From: Gemmatimonadota bacterium
GTDB taxonomy: Bacteria > Gemmatimonadota > Gemmatimonadetes > Longimicrobiales > RSA9
Reading direction: 5' to 3'
Length of the DNA stretch: 34,698 nucleotides
Assembly (NCBI GenBank): GCA_016207445.1
Contig: JACQPS010000220.1
Coordinates: 1-34,698 of the forward strand
Both the position numbers and the translations under genes were made by a program. The notes under the pieces are model-generated. The model did not search any database, was not told where the DNA came from, and saw only the letters and a program-made list of their open reading frames with translations. Shown piece after piece: positions 18,289 through 27,119 of the stretch. How positions within the stretch are numbered: position 1 is the stretch's first letter; each line of letters starts with the position of its first letter.

Positions 18289-19295
18289 TGGGTGCGGTGG
18301 CGGAGCCCGCGGCAGGGCGCGGCGGCCACGGTGCGGGTCGGCACCGTGGCCGTTTTGCATCATTGACTACAGAAGGCGACGCCGCGGCGGCCGCGCCGCC
18401 CGGCGGCACCACTTCGCCGGTCGCGGCCGCGATGCGGCGGCTGCTCGCGCTCGGTGGAGTGGAGGCGAAGAGCCGCTTTGCGTATGTCGCCGGGGCCAGG
18501 CTGCACTACCTGGAAGCGGGCGCCGGCGAGCCGCTGGTGCTGCTTCAGGGTGCGAGCGGCGGCGCAGCGAACTGGTACCGCGTCCTCGGGCCGCTCGCCG
18601 CGCACTTCCGCGTCCTGGCGCTGGACCTTCCCGGCTTCGGGCTCTCGGACCCGCTCAACGTGGAGGCGCCTCTCGGCGCGGGCGGCGCCGAGGTCGTGAG
18701 CGCCTGGTTGGGCGCGGCCGCCATCGAGCGCTGCGCCCTGGTCGGCACGTCGCTGGGCGGCCTGCTCGCCCTGCGCCTCGCGCAACGCGAGCCCGGGCGG
18801 GTGCGCCGGCTCGTGCTCCTCGACGCCGTGGGCCTGGGGCGAGAGCTCCCCTTGCTGGTGCGGTGCGCCGGGCTCCCCGGCCTCGGGCGGCTGCTGCTGC
18901 GGCCGACCCGCTCTGGAACCGCCTGGCTCTTCCGCAGGCTGCTCACCAGTGATCGTTCGCGCCTCGACGCCGCGCACCAGGCGGCGCTCATCGACTACCT
19001 CTGGAGCTCGGCGCGCGCGGGCGACGCCCGGGGCATGGCGCGCGCGGTCCGGCGCTTCGCCGACCCGGGCGGGCAGCGTGAGGTGCTCACGGACGCCGAG
19101 CTGGAAGCGCTGCGCGTTCCGGTGCTCGTCGTCTGGGGCGAGCGCGACCGCTTCGTCCCCCTCGCGCACGCGCTGCGCGCCGCGGCGCGCATCCCCGGAG
19201 CGGAGCTGCGGATCCTGGCTGGCGTCGGGCACTCGCCCAACTGGGAAGCGCCGGAGGCGTTCTTGGCCGCCGCATTGGCGTTTACTCGCTCATGA
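18288..19295 (+). CDS. Alpha/beta fold hydrolase
   Basis: DLPGFGLS, nucleophile GTSLGG, VWGERD, GHSPNWE. The true start may be 18432. Confidence 0.85.
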   Translation: MGAVAEPAAGRGGHGAGRHRGRFASLTTEGDAAAAAPPGGTTSPVAAAMRRLLALGGVEAKSRFAYVAGARLHYLEAGAGEPLVLLQGASGGAANWYRVLGPLAAHFRVLALDLPGFGLSDPLNVEAPLGAGGAEVVSAWLGAAAIERCALVGTSLGGLLALRLAQREPGRVRRLVLLDAVGLGRELPLLVRCAGLPGLGRLLLRPTRSGTAWLFRRLLTSDRSRLDAAHQAALIDYLWSSARAGDARGMARAVRRFADPGGQREVLTDAELEALRVPVLVVWGERDRFVPLAHALRAAARIPGAELRILAGVGHSPNWEAPEAFLAAALAFTRS

Positions 19296-20515
19296 ACAAA
19301 CGGACGCTGCGCGATCTTCCAGACTCCGCCCTGCGCGGCCAGCGCGTGCTCGTGCGCGTAGACTACAACGTGCCGCTCGAGGGCGGCCGGGTCACGGACG
19401 ACACCCGCATCCGCGCCACGCTGCCCACCCTGCGCTACCTGCTCGAGCGCGACGCCCGCGTCATCCTGGTCTCGCACCTGGGCCGCCCCAAGGGCAAGTG
19501 GGATGCGGCCTACTCGCTGCGCCCGGTCGCGCAGCGGCTGCGCGAGCTGGTCGAGGCGCCGGTGAGCTTCGTGGCCGACGTCGTCGGCGCGGAAGCGCAT
19601 GCCACAGCCGACAGGCTGAAGCCCGGAGAGATCTTGCTGCTGGAAAACGTGCGCTTTCTGCCGGAGGAGGAGACCAACGATGCGGCGCTGGGCGAGGCGC
19701 TCGCCGCGCTGGGCGATGTTTACGTGAACGACGCCTTCGGCGCCGCGCACCGGGCGCACGCGTCCACGGCGGGCGTGGCGGAGGTCATGCGGGAAGAGGG
19801 TCGGCCCGCGGTGGCCGGCCTGTTGCTCGAGGCGGAGCTTCGCTTCCTGGGCGGCGCGCTGCAATCCCCGGAGCGGCCGTTTCTGGCGATCCTGGGCGGC
19901 GCCAAGATCTCGGGCAAGATCGATGTGATCGAGAACCTGCTGCCGCGCGTGGACCGGCTGCTCATCGGCGGGGCCATGGCCAACACCTTCCTTCGGGCCC
20001 TCGGCCTCGAAACGGGCCTGTCGCTGGTGGAGGAGGACCGGCTCGCGGTCGCGCGCGAGCTGCTCGAGCGGGCCGGCCCGCGGCTCGTGCTCCCCGTGGA
20101 CTGCGTGGTCGCCGCCGAGGCGAAGGCCGGCGCCGCCACGCGCGTGGTCGACCGGGATGCCGTGCCCAGCGACGCGCGCATCCTCGACGTTGGCCCGAAG
20201 AGCGTGGGGATGTTTCGGGAGCTGCTGAGCGGCGCCCGCACGGTTCTGTGGAACGGCCCCGTGGGAATGTTCGAGGTGCGCGAGTTCGCAGCCGGCACCG
20301 AAGCGGTCGCGCGTGCGCTCGCCGAGGCGGCGGCAGCGGGCGCGACCACTATTGTCGGCGGAGGAGACACGGCCGCGGCGGTCGAAGCCGCCGGCGTCGC
20401 CGACCGGATGACGCACGTGTCGACCGGCGGCGGCGCCTCGCTCGAGCTCCTGGAGGGGCGCGTGCTGCCGGGCGTGGCCGCCCTGGATGACCGCGCCGGG
20501 ACGGGGGCGACATGA
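19292..20515 (+). CDS. pgk: Phosphoglycerate kinase
   Basis: RVDYNVP, SHLGRP, NDAFGAAHRAHAS, GGAKISGK, STGGGASLELLEG. Confidence 0.98.
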   Translation: MNKRTLRDLPDSALRGQRVLVRVDYNVPLEGGRVTDDTRIRATLPTLRYLLERDARVILVSHLGRPKGKWDAAYSLRPVAQRLRELVEAPVSFVADVVGAEAHATADRLKPGEILLLENVRFLPEEETNDAALGEALAALGDVYVNDAFGAAHRAHASTAGVAEVMREEGRPAVAGLLLEAELRFLGGALQSPERPFLAILGGAKISGKIDVIENLLPRVDRLLIGGAMANTFLRALGLETGLSLVEEDRLAVARELLERAGPRLVLPVDCVVAAEAKAGAATRVVDRDAVPSDARILDVGPKSVGMFRELLSGARTVLWNGPVGMFEVREFAAGTEAVARALAEAAAAGATTIVGGGDTAAAVEAAGVADRMTHVSTGGGASLELLEGRVLPGVAALDDRAGTGAT

Positions 20516-21291
20516 CGCCGCTGCGCCGGCCGGTGATCGCCGGAAACTGGAAGATGAACAAAGGGCCGGCGGCCACCCGCGAGTTCTTCCGACAGTTCAA
20601 GCCGCGCTGCCCGGCACGGACCGACCGCACGCTCGCGTTCTTCCCGCCCGCCGTGTCGCTCATGGCCGCGGCCGAGATGGCACGCGACCGGCCGGACCTC
20701 TTGCTGGGCGTGCAGAACATCTACTGGAAGCCGGAGGGCGCCTTCACCGGCGAGCTGAGCGGCGCCATGGCGCGCGAGGCCGGCGCCCGCTTCACGCTCG
20801 TCGGCCACTCCGAGCGCCGCCACGTCTTCGGGGAATCGGACGATGACGTGCGCCGCAAGGTCGCCGCCGCCTTCGAGGCCGACCTGGTTCCGGTGCTCTG
20901 TCTCGGCGAAAAGCTGGAGGAGCGCAAGGCGGGGCAGGTGGAGGCGGTAATCCTGAGACAGCTCGATGCGGCCGTTTCGGGGCTCCCCGAAGCGCACATC
21001 GCGGGGCTGCTCATCGCGTACGAGCCCGTCTGGGCCATCGGCACGGGCGTCAATGCCACGCCCGCGGACGCTGCGGCCGCTCACGCCGTGCTCCGCCGCC
21101 GCCTCGCGGAGCACGCGGGGGAGGACGCCGCCCGGAGCATCCCCATCCTCTACGGCGGCTCGGTCAAGCCGGAGAACGCGACCGAGCTGCTGGCTGCGGC
21201 TGACGTGGACGGCCTGTTGGTCGGCGGCGCGAGCCTGGACCCTGGGGGATTTGCACGGATCGCGCTGAGCGAGGTGCGCGCATCCGGTTGA
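20512..21291 (+). CDS. tpiA: Triosephosphate isomerase
   Basis: AGNWKMN, GHSERR, AYEPVWAIGTG, YGGSV, LVGGASL. Confidence 0.98.
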   Translation: MTPLRRPVIAGNWKMNKGPAATREFFRQFKPRCPARTDRTLAFFPPAVSLMAAAEMARDRPDLLLGVQNIYWKPEGAFTGELSGAMAREAGARFTLVGHSERRHVFGESDDDVRRKVAAAFEADLVPVLCLGEKLEERKAGQVEAVILRQLDAAVSGLPEAHIAGLLIAYEPVWAIGTGVNATPADAAAAHAVLRRRLAEHAGEDAARSIPILYGGSVKPENATELLAAADVDGLLVGGASLDPGGFARIALSEVRASG

Positions 21292-21359
21292 CAGGATGCC
21301 GTCTTTCTACGACGTTTCTTACTTCGCGCGCGGCCCACTTTTCCGGAGAGTGTGCATTC

Positions 21360-21752
21360 GTGTTTACGTTGTTCTTGAGCCTGCTCATTCTGGATGGCTT
21401 GCTGCTCATGGTCATCGTGCTGCTCCAGTCGGGGAAGGGCGGCGGCCTAGCCGCCATGGGTGGGGGCGCCGGCACGGAGGCCTTCATCGGCGGGCGGCAG
21501 GCGGCCACGCTGCTCACCAAGGCGACCTGGGTGACGGGCGGTCTCTTCCTGGGTATCGCCCTCATGCTGGCGGTGCTGTCTTCGCGAGAGCAGCGCCCCG
21601 AGTCCATCCTGCGCGAGGAGTTCCAGCAGACGGCGCCGGCCGCGCCGCAGCCGATACTGCCGGGCGTGCAGCCCGCGGAGCCGCAGGAGGGTGGTCAGAC
21701 CGGCGAGCAGCCGTCCCCGCCGCCGACGCAGCCGGCTCCGTCCCAGCCCTGA
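21360..21752 (+). CDS. secG: Preprotein translocase subunit SecG
   Basis: VLLQSGKGGGLA...LTKAT between two TMs; canonical position after tpiA; GTG start 21360. Confidence 0.92.
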   Translation: MFTLFLSLLILDGLLLMVIVLLQSGKGGGLAAMGGGAGTEAFIGGRQAATLLTKATWVTGGLFLGIALMLAVLSSREQRPESILREEFQQTAPAAPQPILPGVQPAEPQEGGQTGEQPSPPPTQPAPSQP

Positions 21753-21880
21753 TTCACCGCAGAGCACGCCGAGAACGCGGAGCACAAATGTCAGGGGTCA
21801 GGGGGCCGCACGCGGCCCCCTGACCCCTGACGCATCTGTGTCCTCGGCGTTCTTCAGCGGTCTCCGCGGTGAATCAGGGC
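21746..21880. repeat. 135-bp compound inverted repeat (REP-like arms around a perfect inner hairpin); likely bidirectional terminator
   Basis: Outer arms GCCCTGATTCACCGC / GCGGTGAATCAGGGC; inner TCAGGGGTCAGGGGGCCGC-AC-GCGGCCCCCTGACCCCTGA. Confidence 0.8.
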
Positions 21881-22086
21881 CGGATCACCTGCCGCCCGTT
21901 CGGGTAGCCGCGCGTGACGTCGTACTGCACCTCGTAGGGCCCAAGGTGCTGCCCGTTGGCATCGTGCGGCGTGAGAGAGCGCGGCGCGGCCGCAGCGCGG
22001 AGCGCGGCCGCATGTGCGCCCGAGTCGTGGCGCGACCGGTCGCGGGGCGTGCGGCGCCGTCGGATCATACTGCGGCGGTCCTGCAT
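21874..22086 (-). CDS. Possible small hypothetical protein (70 aa)
   Basis: ATG 22086 is preceded by AGGGGGA and the ORF occupies an otherwise empty gap. No recognisable motif. Confidence 0.3.
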   Translation of the reverse strand: MQDRRSMIRRRRTPRDRSRHDSGAHAAALRAAAAPRSLTPHDANGQHLGPYEVQYDVTRGYPNGRQVIRP

Positions 22087-22204
22087 GCTGCGTCCCCCTA
22101 AGACAAAAAGGCGGCGCCGGCCGCAGGGGCGGGCGCCTTCGCTACCTCCCGCAAACCCGGTTGCGGCAGGACGGTACGGGATGCGTGCAAGAGGCGCGCC
22201 GCGC

Positions 22205-22233
22205 TTGACGCTCTCCGCACGAGCCCGCATTTT
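22205..22233 (+). promoter_or_regulatory. Sigma70-type promoter of the 2-oxoacid dehydrogenase operon
   Basis: TTGACG-N17-CATTTT. Confidence 0.45.
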
Positions 22234-22313
22234 TGCCCGGCTGTGGGACGCAAGTGCTTTCACGACCGGCGTGAGCACGGCCCCGGGCGGTGCCTCTTTC
22301 TCAGCAGAACGGT

Positions 22314-23384
22314 ATGATCAACGACAGCGCGGTCGCGGCGGGCGTGTCGGCGGGCGGCCTCGGGCGCGCGCAGCTCCACGAGCTCTACCACTATCTCCAG
22401 CTCACGCGTCAGGTCGAGCAGGCCCTCACCAACCTGTACCGGCAGAACAAGGTGATCGGCGGGCTCTACCGCTCGCTCGGGCAGGAGGCGACCGCGGTCG
22501 GGGCGGTTTATGCGCTGCGACGCCGCACCGACGGCACCGGCGACGTTCTCGCCCCCGCCATCCGCAACCTGGGCTCGCTGCTGCTGATGGGTGCCCCGCC
22601 CGCGGAGGTCTTGCGGCAGTACATGGCGAAAGGGAACTCGCCCACGGCCGGCCGGGAGCAGAACGTCCACATCACCGACTACCAGCGCGGCTACCTCGCC
22701 CCTATCTCGCACCTCGGCACCATGATCGAGATCCTGGCCGGCGTGGCGCTCTCGTTCAGGATGCGGGGCGAGCGCCGCGTCGCACTCGGCTTCAGCGGCG
22801 ACGGCGCCACCTCCACTGGCGCCTTCCACGAAGGCTTCAACTTCGCCGCGGTGCAGCGCGCGCCGCTCGTCGTTATCATCGAGAACAACCGCTACGCCTA
22901 CTCGACGCCGATCGAGCGCCAGACCGCGTGCGAGTCGTTCATCGAGAAGGCGGGCGGGTACGGCGTCTGGAGCGAGTGTTGCGACGGCAACGATGTCCTC
23001 GCCGTCTTCGGGATGACCCGGCGCGCGGTCGAGCGCGCGCGCGCCGGCGAGGGTGCCGCGCTGCTGGAAGTCATCACCTATCGCCGCAAAGGACATGCGG
23101 AGCACGATCCCCAGCACTACGTCCCGGCCGAGGAGCTGAAGCACTGGCAGGAGCGGGATCCCGTCGATGCCTTCGAGCGGCGGCTACTGGCCGAGGGGTG
23201 GGCCACACCCGACGAGCTGGAAACGATCCGCGCCCGTGTGGCCGAGCAGGTCGAACGCGCGCGCGACCAGGCGGAGAGTTCGCCCATGCCCGAACCCGAG
23301 GGCGCGCTCTACCCCGTCTACGGGGACGCCGAGATCGCACGGCCCTGGACCCGGCTCTCGCTGCCCGACCCGCATCTCGCGTGA
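22314..23384 (+). CDS. 2-oxoacid (pyruvate/branched-chain) dehydrogenase E1 alpha
   Basis: GQEA, TPP motif GDGATSTGAFHEG...ENNRYA, YRRKGHAEHD. Confidence 0.9.
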   Translation: MINDSAVAAGVSAGGLGRAQLHELYHYLQLTRQVEQALTNLYRQNKVIGGLYRSLGQEATAVGAVYALRRRTDGTGDVLAPAIRNLGSLLLMGAPPAEVLRQYMAKGNSPTAGREQNVHITDYQRGYLAPISHLGTMIEILAGVALSFRMRGERRVALGFSGDGATSTGAFHEGFNFAAVQRAPLVVIIENNRYAYSTPIERQTACESFIEKAGGYGVWSECCDGNDVLAVFGMTRRAVERARAGEGAALLEVITYRRKGHAEHDPQHYVPAEELKHWQERDPVDAFERRLLAEGWATPDELETIRARVAEQVERARDQAESSPMPEPEGALYPVYGDAEIARPWTRLSLPDPHLA

Positions 23385-23389
23385 GAACG

Positions 23390-24442
23390 ATGGCGACGGT
23401 GAAGGAACAGACGGTCCGCCCGCGCGAGAAGCCGGAGCACGTGCGGCACACGGAGCTCGGCAAGCCGGTCACGCTGCTCGAGGCGATTCGTGAGGCGCTC
23501 TGGGAGGAGATGGAACGCGATCCCACCGTCTTTCTGCTGGGCGAGGACATCGGCAGCTACGGCGGCGCCTTCAAGGTGACCGAAGGCTTCCTCGACTATT
23601 TCGGCGCAGACCGTGTCATGGACACGCCGATCAGCGAGGCCGGCTTCACCGGCGCGGCCGCCGGCGCGGCCCACATGGGCATGCGCCCCATCGTGGAGAT
23701 GCAGTTCATGGACTTCGTCTCCTGCGCGTACGAGCCGCTCACCAATTACGTCGCGACCTCGCGCTGGCGCGGCAGCGGGCCGGTGCCCCTGGTGGTACGC
23801 GGCCCGGTCGGCGGCGGCGTGCGAGGTGGGCCGTTCCACTCGCAGAACCCGGAGATGGCCTTCTTCCACACGCCCGGGCTCAAGATCGTGTACCCCGCGA
23901 CGGCGCACGACGCGAAGGGGCTGCTCAAGGCCGCGATTCGCGACGACGACCCCGTCCTCTACTTCGAGCACAAGAAGCTGTACCGCTTGCCGGCGCTGCG
24001 CGAGACGCTGCCGAACGAAGATTTCGTGGTGCCCTTGGGTCAGGCACGCGTGCACCGCGAGGGCAAAGACATCACCGTCGTGGCCTACGGCATGATGGTG
24101 CACGAGAGCCAGCGCGCGGCGGAGCAGCTCGAGCAGGAAGATGGCCTCCAGATCGAGATCCTGGACCTGCGCACGCTGCTCCCGCTCGACGACGATGCGA
24201 TCGTGCAGAGCGTGAGGAAGACGAACCGGCTGCTGGTGGTGCACGAGGACACGCGCACCGGCGGGATCGCGGGCGAGATCGCGCTGCGCGTGAGCGAGCG
24301 CGCCTTCGAGTGGCTGGACGCACCCATCTTGCGCGTTACCGCGATCGACACGCCCGTGCCCTACTCGCCGCCGCTGGAGGACTACTTCCTGCCGCAGGTG
24401 AGCGACATTGTGACGGCCTGCAGGTACTTGGCGAAATACTGA
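23390..24442 (+). CDS. 2-oxoacid dehydrogenase E1 beta
   Basis: GEDIG, DTPISE, EMQFMDF, GPFHSQ, DLRTLLPLD. True start MATVKEQ at 23390. Confidence 0.92.
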   Translation: MATVKEQTVRPREKPEHVRHTELGKPVTLLEAIREALWEEMERDPTVFLLGEDIGSYGGAFKVTEGFLDYFGADRVMDTPISEAGFTGAAAGAAHMGMRPIVEMQFMDFVSCAYEPLTNYVATSRWRGSGPVPLVVRGPVGGGVRGGPFHSQNPEMAFFHTPGLKIVYPATAHDAKGLLKAAIRDDDPVLYFEHKKLYRLPALRETLPNEDFVVPLGQARVHREGKDITVVAYGMMVHESQRAAEQLEQEDGLQIEILDLRTLLPLDDDAIVQSVRKTNRLLVVHEDTRTGGIAGEIALRVSERAFEWLDAPILRVTAIDTPVPYSPPLEDYFLPQVSDIVTACRYLAKY

Positions 24443-24467
24443 CGGGCGCTGGCCCGGGCGCGGCAGT

Positions 24468-24494
24468 CCGAGCCCGAGCCCGAGCCCGAGCCCG
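24468..24494. repeat. Short tandem repeat (CCGAGC)x4+
   Basis: Four exact hexamer copies plus a partial copy between E1 beta and E2, just upstream of the E2 RBS. Confidence 0.7.
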
Positions 24495-24503
24495 GAGCTA
24501 CCC

Positions 24504-25964
24504 ATGGCCCGCATCGACGTCCCCATGCCCCAGATGGGCGAGTCCATCGCCGAAGGCACCGTCTCGAAGTGGCTGAAGCAGGTGGGCGACGCCGTCGCCC
24601 GCGATGAGCCGCTGCTCGAGATCTCGACCGACAAGGTGGACGCGGAGATCCCCGCGCCGGCCGCGGGCACGCTGGCCGAGATCGTGGTGGGCGAGGGGAA
24701 GACGGTCGAGGTCGGCACTGTGCTCGCTTACATCGAGACCGAGAAGGGCGCGGCCGCGAAGCCGGAGGCGAAAGCGCCCGCACCCCCGACTGCGGAGGCG
24801 CCGAAGCCCGAGGCTCCGAAAGGGGAGCCGAAGGTCGCCCCGCCGCCGGCTGCTGCGGCACAGCCGCCAGCGCCGGCCAGGCCGGTCCGGGAAGCAGCTC
24901 CCGTCGAGGCGGCGCGCCCCGCTGCGCGCCCGGCCGTCGTGGCGGCGCGCGCGGAGCCGGAGCCTCGAGGAGACGGCCGCACGGAAACCGCGGAGGAACG
25001 GCTGCGCCGCCGCTCGACGCCGCTGGTGCGCCGGATCGCCGCCGAGCACGGCGTCGACCTGACCGAGATCGAGGGCACCGGCTACGCGGGGCGTGTGACC
25101 AAGCAGGACATCCTGTCCTACCTGGAGCAGCGCGCGCGTGCGCCCGTCGTGCCGGCCCGCGCCGCGGCGCCCGCCGCCGCGCCCGTCGAGGGCGTGATCC
25201 TGGCGGATCACTTCTGGGAGATCTTCCACGGACAGGTTCGCCACCCGGAGTTCCCGGCGCGGCCGGCCGATCGGCTCGAGCCCATGGACCGCATCCGCCG
25301 GCTGACGGCGGACCACATGGTGCGCGCGAAGCGCGTGGCGCCGCACGTCCATTCCTTCATCGAGGTGGACTTCACGCAGATCGACCGCATTCGCCAGAAG
25401 AACCGCTCGAAGTGGGAGCAGCAGGGCGTGAAGGTGAGCTACACCGCCTTCGTAGCCTGGGCCGCCGCGCAGACGCTGCTCGAGTTCCCGCGCGTGAACG
25501 CGACCATCTCGGGCGAGAGTGTTCTCTTCCGCGGCGAGATCAACGTGGGCATCGCCGTGGACCTCGACCCCGGACTCATCGTGCCGGTCGTGCGCAACGC
25601 GGACGAGCTGAACGTGGTCGGGATTGCCAAACGCATCAACGACCTGGCGCAGCGCGCGCGCGAACGCAAGCTCAAGCCGGAAGAGATCCAGGGGGCGACG
25701 TTCTCCATCACGAACCCCGGCGTGCTCGGTACCCTCGTCGGCATGCCCATTATTCCGGAGGGCACGGCTGCCATTCTGGGCACGGGCGCCATCGAGAAGA
25801 AGCCGGTCGTGATGGAGCTGGACGGGACCGATGTCATCGCCATCCGCAAGCGGGCCCTCTTCTCGCTCGGCTACGACCATCGGCTGGTCGACGGCGCCGA
25901 CGCGGCCCGCTTTCTCGCGCGCCTCAAGCACGTGCTGGAGGGCTTCCCCGAGGATGGCATCTAG
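24504..25964 (+). CDS. Dihydrolipoamide acyltransferase (E2)
   Basis: Lipoyl domain EISTDKV, E3-binding TPLVRRIA...GTGYAGRVTKQD, catalytic YDHRLVDG. Confidence 0.93.
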   Translation: MARIDVPMPQMGESIAEGTVSKWLKQVGDAVARDEPLLEISTDKVDAEIPAPAAGTLAEIVVGEGKTVEVGTVLAYIETEKGAAAKPEAKAPAPPTAEAPKPEAPKGEPKVAPPPAAAAQPPAPARPVREAAPVEAARPAARPAVVAARAEPEPRGDGRTETAEERLRRRSTPLVRRIAAEHGVDLTEIEGTGYAGRVTKQDILSYLEQRARAPVVPARAAAPAAAPVEGVILADHFWEIFHGQVRHPEFPARPADRLEPMDRIRRLTADHMVRAKRVAPHVHSFIEVDFTQIDRIRQKNRSKWEQQGVKVSYTAFVAWAAAQTLLEFPRVNATISGESVLFRGEINVGIAVDLDPGLIVPVVRNADELNVVGIAKRINDLAQRARERKLKPEEIQGATFSITNPGVLGTLVGMPIIPEGTAAILGTGAIEKKPVVMELDGTDVIAIRKRALFSLGYDHRLVDGADAARFLARLKHVLEGFPEDGI

Positions 25965-26649
25965 GCAGTCCGATTCCACCAGAAGGGACGCGGGTCCCGC
26001 GCGGCTCCTGGAAGTACAACGACTGGGCCTCGTCCCTTATGGCGTGGCGCTCCAGCTCCAGGCCCGCCTGGTCGAGCAGCGCCGGGCCGGTCTCGTCCCC
26101 GACCAGTTGCTCCTGCTCGAGCACCCGCACGTCATCACGCTCGGCAGCTCGGCCCGGCAAGAGCACGTGCTGGTGGACGAGACGGAACGCCGGCTGCTGG
26201 GCATCGAGCTGCACGAGGCCGGGCGCGGCGGCGACGTCACCTACCACGGTCCTGGGCAGCTCGTCGGCTACCCGATCCTCGACCTCAAGCCCGACCGCTG
26301 CGACCTGCACCGCTACATGCGCGACCTCGAGGAGGTACTGCTACGCGCGCTCGCCGCCTTCGCCATCCGCGCCCGGCGTCGCGCAGGCTTCACCGGCGTC
26401 TGGGTCGACCACCAGAAGATCGCCGCGATCGGCGTGCGCGTCTCGAGCGGCTGGATCACCTCGCACGGCTTCGCGCTCAACGTGGCTCCACGCCTGGAGT
26501 ATTTCGGCGCCATCGTGCCGTGCGGCATCACCGACCACGGCGTCACGTCGATGGCACGCGTGCTCGGTGGACCCGTGTCGCTCGCCGAGGTCGCCGATGC
26601 ACTGGCGGAGTCCATGCTGCAAGTTTTTGATTACGGCTCGATTGCGTGA
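25954..26649 (+). CDS. lipB: Lipoyl(octanoyl) transferase
   Basis: LEHPHVITLG, RGGDVTYHGPGQLVGYPI, KIAAIG, HGFALNV, IVPCGI. Confidence 0.95.
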   Translation: MASRQSDSTRRDAGPARLLEVQRLGLVPYGVALQLQARLVEQRRAGLVPDQLLLLEHPHVITLGSSARQEHVLVDETERRLLGIELHEAGRGGDVTYHGPGQLVGYPILDLKPDRCDLHRYMRDLEEVLLRALAAFAIRARRRAGFTGVWVDHQKIAAIGVRVSSGWITSHGFALNVAPRLEYFGAIVPCGITDHGVTSMARVLGGPVSLAEVADALAESMLQVFDYGSIA

Positions 26650-26666
26650 TGGTTCGCGAATGCGTC

Positions 26667-26717
26667 CCGAAGACGGTCGAAAGAAGGCCGAAGACGGTCG
26701 AACGAAGGCCGAAAGAC
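26667..26717 (+). repeat. 21-bp direct repeat x2 plus partial
   Basis: CCGAAGACGGTCGAAAGAAGG / CCGAAGACGGTCGAACGAAGG / CCGAAAGAC, abutting a -35 box. Confidence 0.75.
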
Positions 26718-26746
26718 TTGCTGGCATTTTTCGACGCGATTACTTT
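26718..26746 (+). promoter_or_regulatory. Sigma70-type promoter of the candidate ncRNA
   Basis: TTGCTG-N17-TACTTT, nearly identical to the moaD promoter (TTGCTC-N17-TACTTT). Predicted +1 falls at the first base of hairpin 1. Confidence 0.6.
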
Positions 26747-26752
26747 CGTCCC

Positions 26753-27062
26753 GGATGCTTGAGCAAGCGGTCGAAACTCGAGCGTCCGGCCGACCGGCAA
26801 AGGGGACGCCCGCCGGGAGGCAGCTCGCAGGGTGTTCGGCCCGTGTGAGCCGGTTGCGGGGGTCGCTGGCCGCAACCGAAAGCCCCGAGAAAGCGCGAGA
26901 GCGCGAGAGAGCTCCGGGGCACCTGAGTCGTCGACCGCACGACGAGGGCAAGGGATTCGATCCGGTCACCGCACGTGGTGACGCCGAAACGACGGAACGA
27001 GTCCCGCCAGCGGGGAAAGCCCCTGAGGACGCAAGCGTGCGGCCCTCAGGGGCTTTCTTTTT
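26753..27062 (+). ncRNA. Candidate structured non-coding RNA (~310 nt), family not recognised
   Basis: Own promoter and terminator; contiguous hairpins with G-U pairs; two loop-mediated long-range complementarities; no convincing ORF. Confidence 0.6.
27015..27062 (+). terminator. Intrinsic terminator (possibly also used by convergent rnhA)
   Basis: 14-bp stem GAAAGCCCCTGAGG / CCTCAGGGGCTTTC followed by TTTTT. Confidence 0.8.
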
Positions 27063-27119
27063 CTTGTACTCTGCTGGCTGTGGGGCTGGCCGAACCGGCG
27101 CGCCGCGAGCGCGCCCGCC

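Noticed and set aside
21753-22300. tRNA after secG
   Set aside because: No cloverleaf, TTCGA T-loop or CCA end could be found.
21956-24442. 828-aa fused E1 protein, and similar long N-terminal extensions at 3830-5095, 6540-8573 and 8605-10602
   Set aside because: The extensions are off-frame read-through of upstream genes in GC-rich DNA. Recognisable domains start at the internal ATGs given above.
26667-26717. CRISPR array
   Set aside because: The repeats are adjacent with no spacers, there are only two full copies, and no cas genes are present.
26753-27062. Identity as RNase P, tmRNA, SRP, 6S or T-box
   Set aside because: No GAGGAAAGTCC, no tRNA-like CCA end and no SRP helix-8 motif. It is not a single long hairpin. 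GTGGTGACGCC only loosely resembles a T-box and no co-oriented gene follows.
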